Assembly (NCBI GenBank): GCA_964016885.1
Contig: OZ024740.1
Coordinates: 333,560,001 to 333,624,000 of the forward strand
From: Eledone cirrhosa
Lineage: Eukaryota
Length of the DNA: 64,000 nt
Direction of reading: 5' to 3'
The translations under genes and the position numbers were made by a program. Of this stretch, positions 1 through 12,860 are shown in pieces. Under the pieces are notes generated by a model. The model did not search any database. It was not told the origin of the DNA and worked only from the letters and a program-made list of their open reading frames with translations. Each line of letters starts with the position of its first letter. Position 1 is the stretch's first letter.

Positions 1-59
1 CAACTGATAAAATAAGCGGACAAATGTTAAGCTCTTACAGGCGGTCCGGTTTATTGTAA

Positions 60-1440
60 ATAATTCTGAGGTTACATTCACAATTAATGTTTTCAGACGC
101 ATACCAATGGGCAGAAACTGTAGATCGCTCCTGGTGGATTTACATTTATCCGCACGTGAATTTGACTAACTAGAGCTTTTAAAGAATAGACCTAATTAGG
201 CAATTACATGGATGCTGTAGCTATGTCGATGATATATTTATTGTTAATTACAGTTATTTCTAGGGTTTTCTGCGCAAATTATATGAAATAGTTTAGAAAT
301 GGATGTAAGCCAAGTTAATTATTTAGACCTCACTATGAAAATAGGTGGTGAGATGATAGTTACAACGGTCTACAATAAAACTAAAAAGTTTAGAATTAAA
401 TTGGTTAGAATGTCCAACGTGCTTTCTATTCAAATTATACGTTACGGTAGGATAGGCAGCGAGATAAATGTTTTTAAGGAGGTAGTGAAAATGTTAAAAT
501 ATATAGTAATACAGTGATACAATAACATATGTCTGGTACTGGATTTTCGTTGATGGCTCTGCGCTGAAAGGGAGGTTCTGGGAAAATTTCAGAGTATTTC
601 TAGTTTGCAGAACTAGAGATATAGGACTTCGAAATTAAATAATTTGTATTAAGGTAGTAGAGGCTTAGCGTATTTAACCAATTAATGTACAAACCGACCA
701 CAATTGGCCAGAATTCTCCACCTCCTTCTGTTGAAACTGGCTGTAACTGGTCTCTCAAACTGACGTTAAGGTATTGTTCTCAAAATAAATACTTTCAAAA
801 TCTCATACACACGATATTATGTGAGATGATTATGTGAGGTAAAGCCTTTACCATGAACATATAATAGTATATATAGAGTAATGTGAATACTAAAGGGTTA
901 AGAGAGGTTCTAAAAGGATCTTTTGGGTTTGTTTCAGTTTGGTTTGAAAAGCATATGACAGTTTAATATAATGTAATCTTAATTCAATTTATTTGCTTTG
1001 AGATCTAGGACATTTTGTATATTTGCCTTGAAGTAGTAATTTTCATAAAATAAAGGGGATGGGAAATTTTACATAGGACCTGTAGAAATTCATCCTATTT
1101 TCACTGAAGTAGTAATCAGAAGGATAGGCCTATTACTGTCTGATTTTACCTTCTTTGGGGAAAATTAGCATTATTAGAGCTAATGAACATTGTTCGTCTT
1201 TTAGTTTGACCGATAATTTACTGGACTGCCATAGCAAGTGAACTCTCTGTCTTTGTCTTTTAGATTCTCTGCTTCACATTTGAAGGATGGTCACAATCTC
1301 AGAACGGTTAAGATTGGTATGTCATGATTTTGTTAATTGAGTTCACAAATCACTGATTAACTGGTTGATCTTATTTGTGTATGTGTGTATATATTTAATC
1401 TTGATTATGTTTTGCATTCGTGTGTACATATTATAATTAT
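60..1440 (+). mobile_element. Decayed Penelope-like element: RT fragment plus AT-rich 3' region
   Basis: Broken reading frames give IPMGRNC..LLVDLHL, YVDDIFIV and VNYLDLTMKI...TTVYNK, matching PLE RT motifs (GxPMG, YxDD, YLDL). The 3' boundary is approximate. Confidence 0.6.
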
Positions 1441-1450
1441 ATGTATGTAA

Positions 1451-1635
1451 ATAATTGTTTCTATTTTAGGCACAAGGCCAGCAATTACCCAGTGTATTAC
1501 TGGTACTTTATTTTATCGACCCCGTAAGGATGAAAGGCAAAGTCAACCTCGGCGGGATTTGAACTCAGATCGTAAAGGGACGTAACTATGCTGGAAAGCA
1601 TGGCGTCCGACCCTCTACCGATACTGCCAATCCAC
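1451..1635 (-). mobile_element. tRNA-derived SINE
   Basis: Reverse complement has an A-box-like TGGCAGTATCGGTAGAG, a B-box GAGTTCAAATCC and the body GCCTTTCATCCTTACGGGGTCGATAAAATAAAGTACCAG. Same family as 1766-1954 and 38089-38300. Confidence 0.85.
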
Positions 1636-1765
1636 AATAATGACATTGAGGAATATAGCTTTTGCTTCACCTTTTGTTGTTCTATATTCTGATGTCATAT
1701 TCATATTTTCATCTAGTATTCATTTCGGTTATTTTTTTAGAGTTTGGAAATTTTCTTTATTATTA

Positions 1766-1954
1766 TGGATTGGCAGTATCAGTAGAGGGTCGGACGCCAA
1801 GCTTTGCAAGCAAAGAGTTACGGCCCTTTATGGTCTGAGTTCAAATCCTGAGGTTAACTTTGCCTTTCATCCTTACGGGGTCGATAAAATAAAGTACCAG
1901 TAATACACTGGGATAATTGCTGGCCTAGTGCCAAACGTAGAAATAATTATTATT
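1766..1954 (+). mobile_element. tRNA-derived SINE (same family)
   Basis: TGGCAGTATCAGTAGAG ... GAGTTCAAATCC ... conserved body, then a short ATT tail. Confidence 0.85.
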
Positions 1955-2253
1955 TGGGATGTTATGTTATGTTGAAAAAAGTAGATTTCACGTTGCAGAC
2001 CATCATGTCATCAAAGTGGATAGTTTGAGGATTTAAGGCCGAAGGATTATTGGAAAAGATGGAGTACGGCCTATTATGTAATCGGATGTTTGAAACTTCA
2101 GATAATAATAGGTTTGGCATTATTATATACAAAACGACGTAATTTGAACGTTGCAGCTTGAAATACGGTATTGCAAGTCGATTTGGGGAGAATAGGGGGA
2201 TGTCCACGTTTGATATAGCGATAACGATTTAATATGCGTATATATATATATGT

Positions 2254-2370
<117 letters not shown>

Positions 2371-2449
2371 TGTTGTTATTGCTACAGCTGACACCTATGC
2401 AGGTTTAGCTGGCCTCCTCCAAGGTATATCTCGTTGGAGGTGCCTTGGG

Positions 2450-2566
2450 TTATTTACAGCTGAGTAAACTGGAGCAACGTGAAATAAAGTGTCTTGCTGA
2501 AGGAAACAACACATCACATGTTGCGAGAATTGAACTCACAACCTTTCGATTGCAAGTCAAATACTC
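2450..2566 (-). mobile_element. Fragment of a second SINE family
   Basis: The reverse complement has a B-box-like GAGTTCAATTCTC followed by a CORE-like TGTTTCCTTCAGCAAGACACTTTATTTCAC segment. Flanked by microsatellites. Confidence 0.55.
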
Positions 2567-2640
2567 TCTCTCTCTCTCTCTCTCTCTGTATATATATATA
2601 TATAGATAGATAGATATGTGTGTGTGTGTGTGTGTGTCTG

Positions 2641-3008
2641 ATGGTAGCTAAGATACTTCCATAGGCGGTATACCGGTGTATCACTCTATGCTCTTTCAGA
2701 GCAGAGTATGATATAATAGAAAACGAAAAATCAGTGATGCATCTGAACTCAATTAATTGTGTTACAATTTTTTCGCCGGCAGACAGCTCTCAACGCGATC
2801 ATTGGGTGGATCTGTCTAATTCTGGACCCTCAGGTTCGACGGACACGTCTAAGGATTTCGGAGCATCGAAATCATTAGACGTGTCCGTCGAACCTGCGGG
2901 TCCAGAATCAAACAGATCCACACAATGATCGCGTCTAGTTGTCCGCCGGCGAAACAATTGTAACACACAATAAATTGAGTTCAGATGCATCACTGATTTT
3001 TCGTTTTC

Positions 3009-3016
<8 letters not shown>
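2641..3016 (-). mobile_element. Fold-back PLE-end element (family A)
   Basis: Inverted arms 2711-2860 and 2867-3016 around the loop GAGCAT, with a unique tail at 2641-2710. Contains an HHR-like GAAA-CAATTG-TA. Homologous to 26155-26435. Ends in (TA)n. Confidence 0.8.
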
Positions 3017-3079
<63 letters not shown>

Positions 3080-3451
3080 TATAGATATATATGTATATTT
3101 ATGTATGTATGTATATATATATACATTTGAATGTATGTATGCATGTATATATGAAGCGTTCACGGTGTGGGAAACGGACAAAAATCAGTAATGAATACAG
3201 TACTTGATACATGATGCCATGCAGAGTAGGTTTAATAAAAGGTAAAATCTAAATGAACATTCTGAAATGGCTGATGGTAAATGGAATCTACGCCAAAGCA
3301 ACTGACTAAAATGTATATCAATAAGTCAGTACCATATTGATTCTGATTGAAGACGATATTCCATGGTTGAATAATTTAAAGGTAACTAATTAGCAGTTGC
3401 AATTAGGGAGGGCATTGACAAGAAAGAAATCTGAAAGAAGATTAATATATA

Positions 3452-3649
3452 CGAGTTGCAGCTGAAAATTTCATAGGCTGACAACGATGCTCTCATGGAA
3501 TGACCAAATGATATATAGTTTTCAACTTAGTCTCTGGAAAGAAGCATAACAATTATCAATAGAAAAGTTTGAATTTAATGCCTGAAAAACTTCACAGTTC
3601 TTGAAACATACCATGAAAGTCAAACTATGAAATATTTAGCCGGCCCTCT
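3452..3649. mobile_element. Tc1/mariner-type MITE
   Basis: Imperfect TIRs of about 30 bp (CGAGTTGCAGCTGAAAATTTCATAGGCTGAC and GTCAAACTATGAAATATTTAGCCGGCCCTCT), each flanked by TA. Confidence 0.65.
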
Positions 3650-4680
3650 TACATATCATGTATTCCTTCCACGTTGTTTATATATGGAAATTATTATAAT
3701 TTCAATTAGGTTTTTCCATTCATCATCCAATCCATGAGTTATTTCGTTTCATATTGCCTTTCATGATAGTACTGTGGTCACAAACTTTAAAATGCCCAAG
3801 AAATTGTATATTAGATACAACCTCGTAGGATACCATGAACTCCTGCATATGTATGTGTTGTAAATTTATTTTCTTTAAAATAATATGATAGAAAACAGGT
3901 TATCTAGTCTATGATATAGTGTAATTTTTTTTCTAGAAGAAGAATCATGTATTATGTGAAAGCCGATGCAATGTTATGGATTTACCTGTTATTTATTTCT
4001 CGTTCATAACCAAATTTAACGGTTTTTAAGTAACATTAATTTTACAGCTGGTCAGATGGAAGTTTCTTGCTCTAATCATCGCCGCTGTTATAAAATAGAT
4101 AAATTTGATATCATAAATATGATGTTATGAATTATAGATGAAATTTGGGACGACCATCTTATATATATGCAGTAAATCATTACGATAAAATTTGAAACCT
4201 TTTAGAATTCCATTTGAATTCCCTATTAAATCATATTGTCGCAGCGACATAATGTGAGTTATGCAATAGAAATAACTCATGTATTTCAGCTACAAAGGAT
4301 ACTTGTAATATCTTTTTAATGTTTAGGTGAATCATCACGTTTTTTTCAATGTCAGGAACAAAGCATCTAGAAAACAGCTGGTTACAGCAAAATATTATAG
4401 GATATACATTCTGAATGTAAATTGAATACATTGTGAGAAGAGAACGGCTGCAATATATTCCGCAATATACTTTGAATTTGAGTGAAAAACAGAATGGAAG
4501 CATCTATTCTTGCGGAATGCAACAGCTAAACTCTAATCGATATGGGGGTATCGACCTATGAGCAGTTAAGGCATAAATTACGGAGACAGAACTAGGATTT
4601 TAGGACTATTAGAACTCGCTTTAGTTACTCCATCTGATTTTGTTTCTGTACTCATCTCTTCTTTCCTCCTTCTGCCTCTC

Positions 4681-4727
<47 letters not shown>

Positions 4728-4814
4728 CATTTATATATACGTGTGTATATATGTGTGCGTGTGCGTCTTATATATATACAATACACGCACCAAAAAACCC
4801 CCACCCACATACAC

Positions 4815-4852
<38 letters not shown>

Positions 4853-5167
4853 GTGCGCATTTTCTCTAAGTGTACATGTGCAATTGTGTAATTTTCTGGG
4901 AACTAAACTATATGTATCAATGTTCACATGGTTATTTATTGCCTATACTGAATAGGGTCGTTGTATTTTATCTATGGAAATATACGGAAATACGCTTCGA
5001 GAAAAAAGCTCCAGAAACAATGTTATAGAAGTTTCCAGTTAGGTTTTATTTTCGATTCTTAGTCATGCATACATCATTCGATGACAGTAATTCATTGAAG
5101 CACGAAGAGATAGGCATACATTGATTATTACAGGTGTGCGTATTGTGCATGTATGTGTAGTCAGAAG

Positions 5168-5216
<49 letters not shown>

Positions 5217-5407
5217 GAAAATGTTTGACCCCGACGGCAGAGCTCAAGCCGTTTCGACGGCTATTTCTGGAGTACAGAAATAGCCATCGAAACGGCTTGA
5301 GCTCTGCCGTCGGGGTCAAACATTTTCCTATTTCCCACTCTACTACTCTAAGTATTGAGTAATCTGGTGTGTTTTTGTCCATCTGGTTCCTTACCACACT
5401 TCCTTCG

Positions 5408-5410
<3 letters not shown>
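5217..5410 (+). mobile_element. Fold-back PLE-end element (family B)
   Basis: Near-perfect hairpin 5217-5269 / 5275-5327. The tail 5328-5410 is homologous to 26515-26590. (TA)n on both sides. Confidence 0.8.
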
Positions 5411-5457
<47 letters not shown>

Positions 5458-5884
5458 TATGTATAGAAATTTCGTATTTCTAAAGAAATACGGTTTTAGG
5501 AAGCCGTAGCTATGCAAACACCGGGGTCTAACGCCCTCTGGTGATGTACAGCAAAAGCAGGGGAACAACCGTCTATGTATTTCATGCTTAACTGGCCTTC
5601 GTCAGTTCGATCCTTCCCACCGCTTGCTACTGTTGGACTTGAAAACAGCCGAGAATATATAGTTTTCTCGTCTGTGTAAATGAGGTGATTAATCTCATTT
5701 GCATATGAAGCTATATATATATATAAGTGTATGTGGTGTGGTGTGGTGTAATGTGGTGTAGTGTGGTGGAGTGTATTATGGTGGGGTGTGTTGTGGTGTA
5801 GTGTACTTTGGTGTAGTGTGGTGTGGTGTAGTGTAGTGTTATGTGGTATGGTGTGGTCTAGTGTGGTGTAGTGTTTGTATACGT

Positions 5885-6163
5885 TTATTTGAAATGGAAT
5901 ACTCAACATCTGCTTCGGCTGTTGTGGCCTCTTTCAGACATTTAATTTTTTCCTCTCTGTACAGTGTTTCACAAGTTTTACCCATGTACGAGAAGCGGCT
6001 GAATAGTCATGGTCTGACAAAGATACTCTCATGGAATGTCCAAATGATGTATATTTTCAAAAAATATTCACTGCGAAGAAACACTGCAATTGTTAATGAG
6101 CTGAAATTAATGCTTCATTATTCCTTCAAACTCTGCCTATGAACTGTTCAGCCTACTATCGTA
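5885..6163. mobile_element. Mariner-like remnant with one TIR
   Basis: GCCTATGAACTGTTCAGCCTACTATCG-TA resembles the TIR of the MITE at 3452. The left boundary is uncertain. Confidence 0.45.
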
Positions 6164-6641
6164 TATGAACGAACATAATAGTCTTTACTCTTCTACATTC
6201 ATGTAATAAAGTAAGGTGTGCAAGTAGAATATATTCTTATGACGATGAAGCCTCACCTCTATACGCACAAGAGAATCGTCCAATGATACTGTCTGAACAC
6301 AATAAAAAAAAACCCCAAAACATCCATCACTTAAGTCCTAAAAACCATTAATATACTCTTTTTTTTAAATACTATTTTCCATATATATTACATTTATTTC
6401 CAATTCATGTTTATAACTCATTTTTATTTTTATTTCTATTTTGCACGTCCTTTCATGTTTTCCCGCTAACTCCCCCCTCACTCCTTCTCGGAGTCCCATC
6501 CCGACTCTCCTCATGAAGGGCTTATATCAGAAACGTCATAACAATCGCCCCCACTCTCACCAAGCGTAAAGCTAATAATACCATGTAACATTTACTCCTG
6601 CGTCTGTGTGTTTATTGTGTATGTATGTAGTTATTTCGAAC

Positions 6642-6675
<34 letters not shown>

Positions 6676-6704
6676 TAGAGAGAGAGGGTTAGAGAGGGAG
6701 AGGT

Positions 6705-6998
<294 letters not shown>

Positions 6999-6999
6999 T

Positions 7000-7518
7000 A
7001 ATGAGATTAATATCCCCACAGGTACTAAGTACCCCTGGAAATATATAGGGTGTCTAAGATACAGTTTTTGTTCATTCGTATTAATTTGACATACCAGAAC
7101 TATAAAATTGAGATGAGCGGAATAAGTAAAATTCAAACAATCTTTCAAAATAAATTCAAAAAATATAATTTAAATATTTACCTATCCATATTTCTCTTAC
7201 CGACGGTTTGCCTCACAAAAGATTGGAAATCCGAGGGACTTCCAATGGAAAGTTCGGCTCTTCAGAAAGCATTTTTCCTTACATAGGGCAAATACAGCCT
7301 TCAGCCAGCTAGTACAGGATCGGATTGGGCCGTAAACGTGACCTACACGTGAACTGGTCGTTAGTATAAGCGGGAGTAGCATAGACGTGTTGTCTGCCAC
7401 ACCACTAAAGGCGAAACAGTCGGTAAAAGAAATATGGATAGGTAAATATTTAAATTATATTCTTTGAATTTATTTTGAAAGATTGTTTGAATTTTACTTG
7501 TTCCGCTTAACTCAATTA
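7000..7518 (-). mobile_element. Fold-back PLE-end element with HHR
   Basis: Inverted arms 7106-7213 and 7409-7517. The minus strand reads CTGAAGA-GCC...GGC-AAA-CCG-TC (7199-7265); the plus arm keeps GGCGAAACAGTC. (TA)n on both sides. Confidence 0.75.
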
Positions 7519-8589
7519 TATATATATATATATTTCTGTTCCATGCTTATGCATATGATTTCATCAGATTCTTATTGAATCAGTCGGATATATCGCTGGA
7601 TATGTATTACCACCCAGTGGCGATGCCAGCAGACATATGTCTGCTGATATCGCAATGCCTGCTGGCCTCACAACAGGATGGTAATACATGACCAGCGACA
7701 AATCATATGATTGCATAACTACACTACCGATAGCTTAGGGATCTGGGCATGTCATGGATAACCACATAACGGAAATATATAACATGCAATAAAGTTATTA
7801 TAGTGACATAACCCTGTCTTAACTATTCTTATTTGTTAAATGAATACTTTGTCACTCCTACACATCCACTCTAAACTGGGTTAAACTATTGGCGTGAAGG
7901 GTTCTTGGATAGTTCGGACCGGGCTATCCGCAAGACGTTACGAGGTAACAGCCATTACTTATACGCAACTTATTTATACATATATACTTTTATTCAATTG
8001 AAGAAAGTTGTTTGATTGAAAATTCGCCGACTTTTATTAAACAGATGTAAAGCACTCCACGTATTTGTTCATCCGGAACTTTATAATAATAATAATAAAC
8101 AAGAAAGACGATTTAATTTGTATATCCCTGTTTATTGTGTTATACGCATTTCAAAGACGTTGGTCAGTTCATATATATGTGGGGGAGAGAGATATTCATC
8201 GTGCGTTAGATCTGTTAAGAAAAAGTCGGCAGATTTCTAAGGCATGTATGAACTGTTCACTAGGAATCAAGCGACCAATCTAGTAACTTGAAATCCTAGA
8301 CAGTTAAATAAGCATTAACGCCAATTGGAGTATCTATCTCCCACACATATAAGAAATGCCAATTGAAAATATCCGACATATTCTTTCTGGTTAGCGAAGT
8401 GAATGACACGGATGATCGGTAACATATCAAAGGATATTTTCATCTCGTTTGGATTTTTGTCTGAAGAGAACACTTAGGTCAGCTGTTATACAACAGCCTT
8501 ACGTCTTTGAAATACACATCATAAAATAAATAGGCATGTACAAATGAAGCCCTCTTTCATGTTTTTTATTATTATTATTATTATTATTA

Positions 8590-9485
8590 CAGTTGCATTT
8601 ATCTTGTTTTATGTTCATACGGGTTATCACCAAGTCACAACCAGTGACCTCAAGAGACAACAAGGTCCGCGATGTTCAAGAAAGAACACACATACACACA
8701 CACATGCATCTTTATGTGTTTAGACTTGTGATGTACTTATATTGACAGAATCTTCCTTAGTATATATGCAATTCCCATTAGTACTATCGTTTGTATTTCT
8801 CCTGTACGCGGGTTTCCTGGCATTTGCGATAAGTAATGATTAGCCCCCTTAGGTATCATTCCTAGTGCGCCTACAACCACTGGTATTGTTTTAGTTTTCA
8901 ATTTCCACATTTTTCCAATTTCTATCTGCAGGTCCTTATACTTGCTCAATTTTTCAAATGTTTTTATAGATACATTCTTGTCTATTGGAACGGACATATC
9001 TATTAGCAGGCATGCCCTCTTTTTAAAGTCCTTCAATATTATATCAGGTCTATTTGCATCTATTTTTCGGTCTGTTTGGATGCTAAAGTCCCACAATATT
9101 TGAGATGTGATCTTTTTCAAGTACGGGAAGTGGTTGATGTTCACACCAATTCTTTTAATGGAGTAGACCAAAATGCTTACACATTATTCAATGTATGTAT
9201 TGTGCAGCTCTGTCGTGCCTGTTTAGGTATTCGGTTGGAGCTACAGGACTGCACATTTAAATTATATGATCAATGGTCTCTGGTTGTTTTTTTACACACT
9301 GATATAATGTGCTGATATAACTAGTCCTCCAGTCTCGGATTTCAGTCCAGAGGATGCCAACCACTGATGGGTTTAAGTTTTGTCAATATCAGGATTGTTA
9401 GCTCTTTCTGGGTATTTTCCATACAGAAGCTTTTCTTGACATTTCTTAGCCAGATTCTGTAGCAGTTCTTTCTTTGTAGTTACTA
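8590..9485 (-). mobile_element. 5'-truncated R4/Dong-like non-LTR retrotransposon (RLE endonuclease end)
   Basis: ORF 8737-9171 contains ILWDFSIQTDRKIDANRPDII...LIDMSVP...EKLSKYKDL...PVVVGALG, a PD-(D/E)xK RLE domain. Bounded by (TAA)n. Confidence 0.88.
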
Positions 9486-9509
9486 TCATTATTATTATTA
9501 TTATTATTG

Positions 9510-9925
9510 TTCTTTGAGTCTCGGTCATTGATGTAAGTTAACTGGAAATTTTGTTGAAATGAATATCAAGCCACTACCTGCAGCATCAGATATTCAGGAC
9601 ATATCGGATGGTTCTTGCTGTTTCCAGCAAGCATGCCTTTTGAAGCGTTCCAAAAAGCGTGGCGGGGCCAATTTTCTTTAACCATCCCTGGAAACCTTTT
9701 GAGATAGTGCCTAGTGCGTCTATGACAATCGGGACCACTTTGACTTCATGGCAGTTCCAAATCCTTTTTACCTCCAAATTTAAGTCCTGGTATGGGTTAA
9801 TTTTCTCCCTCTCCATTTCTTGCACTCTTGTGTCGAATGGGCAGGCCACATCCACAATCAGGCACGATCTTTTTTCCTTGTCCAAAACCAACAGGTCAGG
9901 TCTATTGTGTTCCAGTTTCTTTAGT
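9510..9925 (-). mobile_element. Second RLE-type LINE 3' fragment (different family)
   Basis: RPDL-VLDKEKRSCLIVDVACPFD...EKINPYQDL...VVPIVIDALG. The 3' end abuts (TAA)n. Confidence 0.82.
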
Positions 9926-10253
9926 GTACACAGAGGAGTGATGGGATAGGTGGTGTATCTAGTTTATGGTGTTGGTGAAATTGCTGTTATTTGGCTGTTC
10001 TATATAGTGTAGACAGAGGGGGTTTTCTTCCATTCATAACCATTTTCTTTTTTTAATATAAAATGTATAATACAAAATTAAATATTTGAGCGATAACAGG
10101 ATATTATGGATCCGAAATTCTGAGAGTTGAGTCTGATGCTTTATGTATCATTTGTACTAAGAATTGTTATTTCACAATTGATTTAAATATGTTAAAAATC
10201 AAAATCTTACGGGAGCGATTTCATGACCTTCTATCCACGTGCGTCTTCTTCCC

Positions 10254-10316
<63 letters not shown>

Positions 10317-10317
<1 letters not shown>

Positions 10318-10552
10318 AGTTGCATTTATCTTGCTTTATGTTCATACGAGTTATCACCAAGTCACAACCAGTGACCTCAAGAGACAACAAGGTCCGCCAT
10401 GTTCAAGAAAGAACATACATATTCACACATGCATCTTTAGTGTTTAGACTTGTGATGTACTTATATTGACAGAATATTCCTTAGTATATGGGCAGTTCCC
10501 ATTAGTACTATCTTTTGTATATCTCCTATACGCGGGTTTCCTGGGATTTGCG
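10317..10552 (-). mobile_element. Short 3'-end copy of the 8590 R4/Dong-like family
   Basis: Highly similar to 8590-8830 and inserted within a (TTA)n tract on both sides. Confidence 0.88.
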
Positions 10553-10606
<54 letters not shown>

Positions 10607-10608
10607 GT

Positions 10609-10667
<59 letters not shown>

Positions 10668-10875
10668 GTATATTTATTAAAATAACAGATTAAAGTTTAA
10701 GCAAAGAATCGCTGCTTTCACTCTTAATGGGATCTTCTGAAACTGCTCTACGGTTTTTATATATTTGATATGTATTTATCCTTATCGAGCCCTCTTTGGA
10801 TTTTAGTCTTCAAATTTATTATTATTACTATATATATGTATATATATATAATAGACACACACACACACACACACA

Positions 10876-12860
10876 GAATCACAGAGCTTAAGGAATCTAC
10901 AGGAATACTCGTCCATGCCGACAAAACCAACAACCTTTACAGCATGGACGTTCAACTTTACCATGAGCAAATCCTCAGGGAATTTAGAAAAAGCTACAAA
11001 AAACGCCCGCGGCTACCCTGGAGGATATCAACATCAAGGTTTATGAGATCGTATCTGGTCTTAGCTTAGATGATAGGACGGCCCCACTCCTAGCGATGGA
11101 GCCGAGGTTTACCATTAAGGACCACAAACCAAACTTTGTGTCTAACCTGCCGGTCAGACTGATAACACCCTCCCGGTCAACCATGGGGGTTATCAGCAAA
11201 AGCGTTTTAGATAGGATCCTGCCCACACTTAAGAGGAAAATAAGGTTACAACTCTGGTCCTGAACCAACCAGGTGCTGGACTGGTTTACATTTTTACCAG
11301 ATAAACATAGGACTAGCTTCATACATTAACAATTACTCCTCTTCTATCTCGCTCATAGTCCTGAACAAGGCTCTCATTTTCGCGATGAATAGAACAGACC
11401 TAACGCGTGACGAGGTCCAAATCATACACGCCGCCAGAAAGACCCTGATTCGATTCGGTGGGGACATATGGACCGGGAGAGACTGGCCAAATAATTTTGA
11501 CAGTACAATGGGCTCCAGTGACTCCGCACAGCTAACGGACTTGGTTGGGATATACATACTCTACGAGATCAGGAGCGAAATACCCAACCTGGGTGGCGGG
11601 CTGTACCAAGACGATGCACTCTTCAACGTCGTGGACCACAGCACCACAATGGTCGAAAATATGAAGAGGAGACACTTCTTTAGCAAGGTAGGACTTAAAG
11701 TAGAGATGGAACCCAATAGAAAAGTAGTGAATTTTCTGGACACCACCCTCAACCTCAACACCAAGCTACACCACCCATATCATAAACCCAATGAGAAGCT
11801 GGTGAATATCAACGCTAGGTCCAATCACCCTACATCTATAGTTAAGGCCGTAGTAAAGAGTGTCTCTGACAGGATCTCTAACTTGTCTGCCAATAAAGAG
11901 ATCTTCAATAGTAATGCTGATTACTATAACTCAGCGCTAGTTAAGGCATCCCACATCCATAGGATCAGCTATAACCCTAAGGGACATGATCGTGATGACC
12001 CAAGGGTACTCCGGGCCAATACCCTCTGGGGCAAAGATCGCCCACCTAACATCTGGCTGACCAGTAGTAACACTCCCAATCCCCTATCCGTCACCACCCC
12101 CGGTAGAGGGTCCCGCATACCCCACCGATCTAATACCAACAACGCTGAAGACCACTGCGGTACGGGGCATAGGCACCCTTGAACCAGCCCCACCACCCAC
12201 CGAACCCTAATTGAGCAGGGAGGCCGCACCGCGCAGGGCTATAGCACCAAGGTGGGCCCTTATAACCCTCATGATAGTCACCGCTCCGCACACCTGAGTG
12301 ACACCAACCGAGCTCGACCAGAGCAGTGCACAGCCCCGTGATGGACCACGGCGGACCCCCAACAACCGCGCAAGCTTAGGACCAGGAAGGTCACATGGTA
12401 TAACGCCCCGTACTCGGTGGGTCTACGTACCAGCCTGGCTAGAACATTATTTAGAGTACTGGATAAATATTTCCCTAGGGCCACAAGTACCATAAAATAT
12501 TCAACAGGCACGCGGTGAAAATTTCCTACTCAACCACACGCTCCCTAGCCCAGCACAAAGCCGGCATAAATAGGAATAGGTTCACTTCCTCTAATCCAAC
12601 CGTAAACCCCGAAGCCACCCAACGGAACCAGCACGCGGGACACTCCAGACCCTGGACAGGCCCATCTAGCACACTGGAACCCAACGACCCTGTGCTGATT
12701 GCGGCGGCTACCCAGCCAACCCCGAGTGATGGTAACCACGCGGTACATGTGCTGGGTGTTAGGAAGTCATGCAATTGCAGAGACCCATCACTATGCCCCC
12801 TTAGTAATGAATGCATGACGAAAAACGTAGTCTACAGGTGGAAGGTCACAACCCCTTTTT
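10876..12860 (+). mobile_element. Penelope-like element, GC-rich and frameshifted (tentatively Naiad-like)
   Basis: Motifs ADKTNNLY, TIKDHKPNF..NLPVRLI, TMGSSDSAQLTDLVG, GGLYQDD, FLDTTLNL, YHKPN...SNHP, RKVTWYNAPYS and CNCRDPSLCPLSNECMTKNVVY. The clade assignment is from recall of motifs. Confidence 0.85.

Noticed and set aside
5570-5612. HHR-like CTGACGA...GAAA on the minus strand
   Set aside because: Stems I, II and III do not pair convincingly; at best a decayed copy.
12769-12815. Selenocysteine (TGA) codons in the Cys motif, as reported for some Naiad PLEs
   Set aside because: The Cys codons here are TGC, and the equivalent motif in the 16052-16366 ORF has no in-frame TGA.
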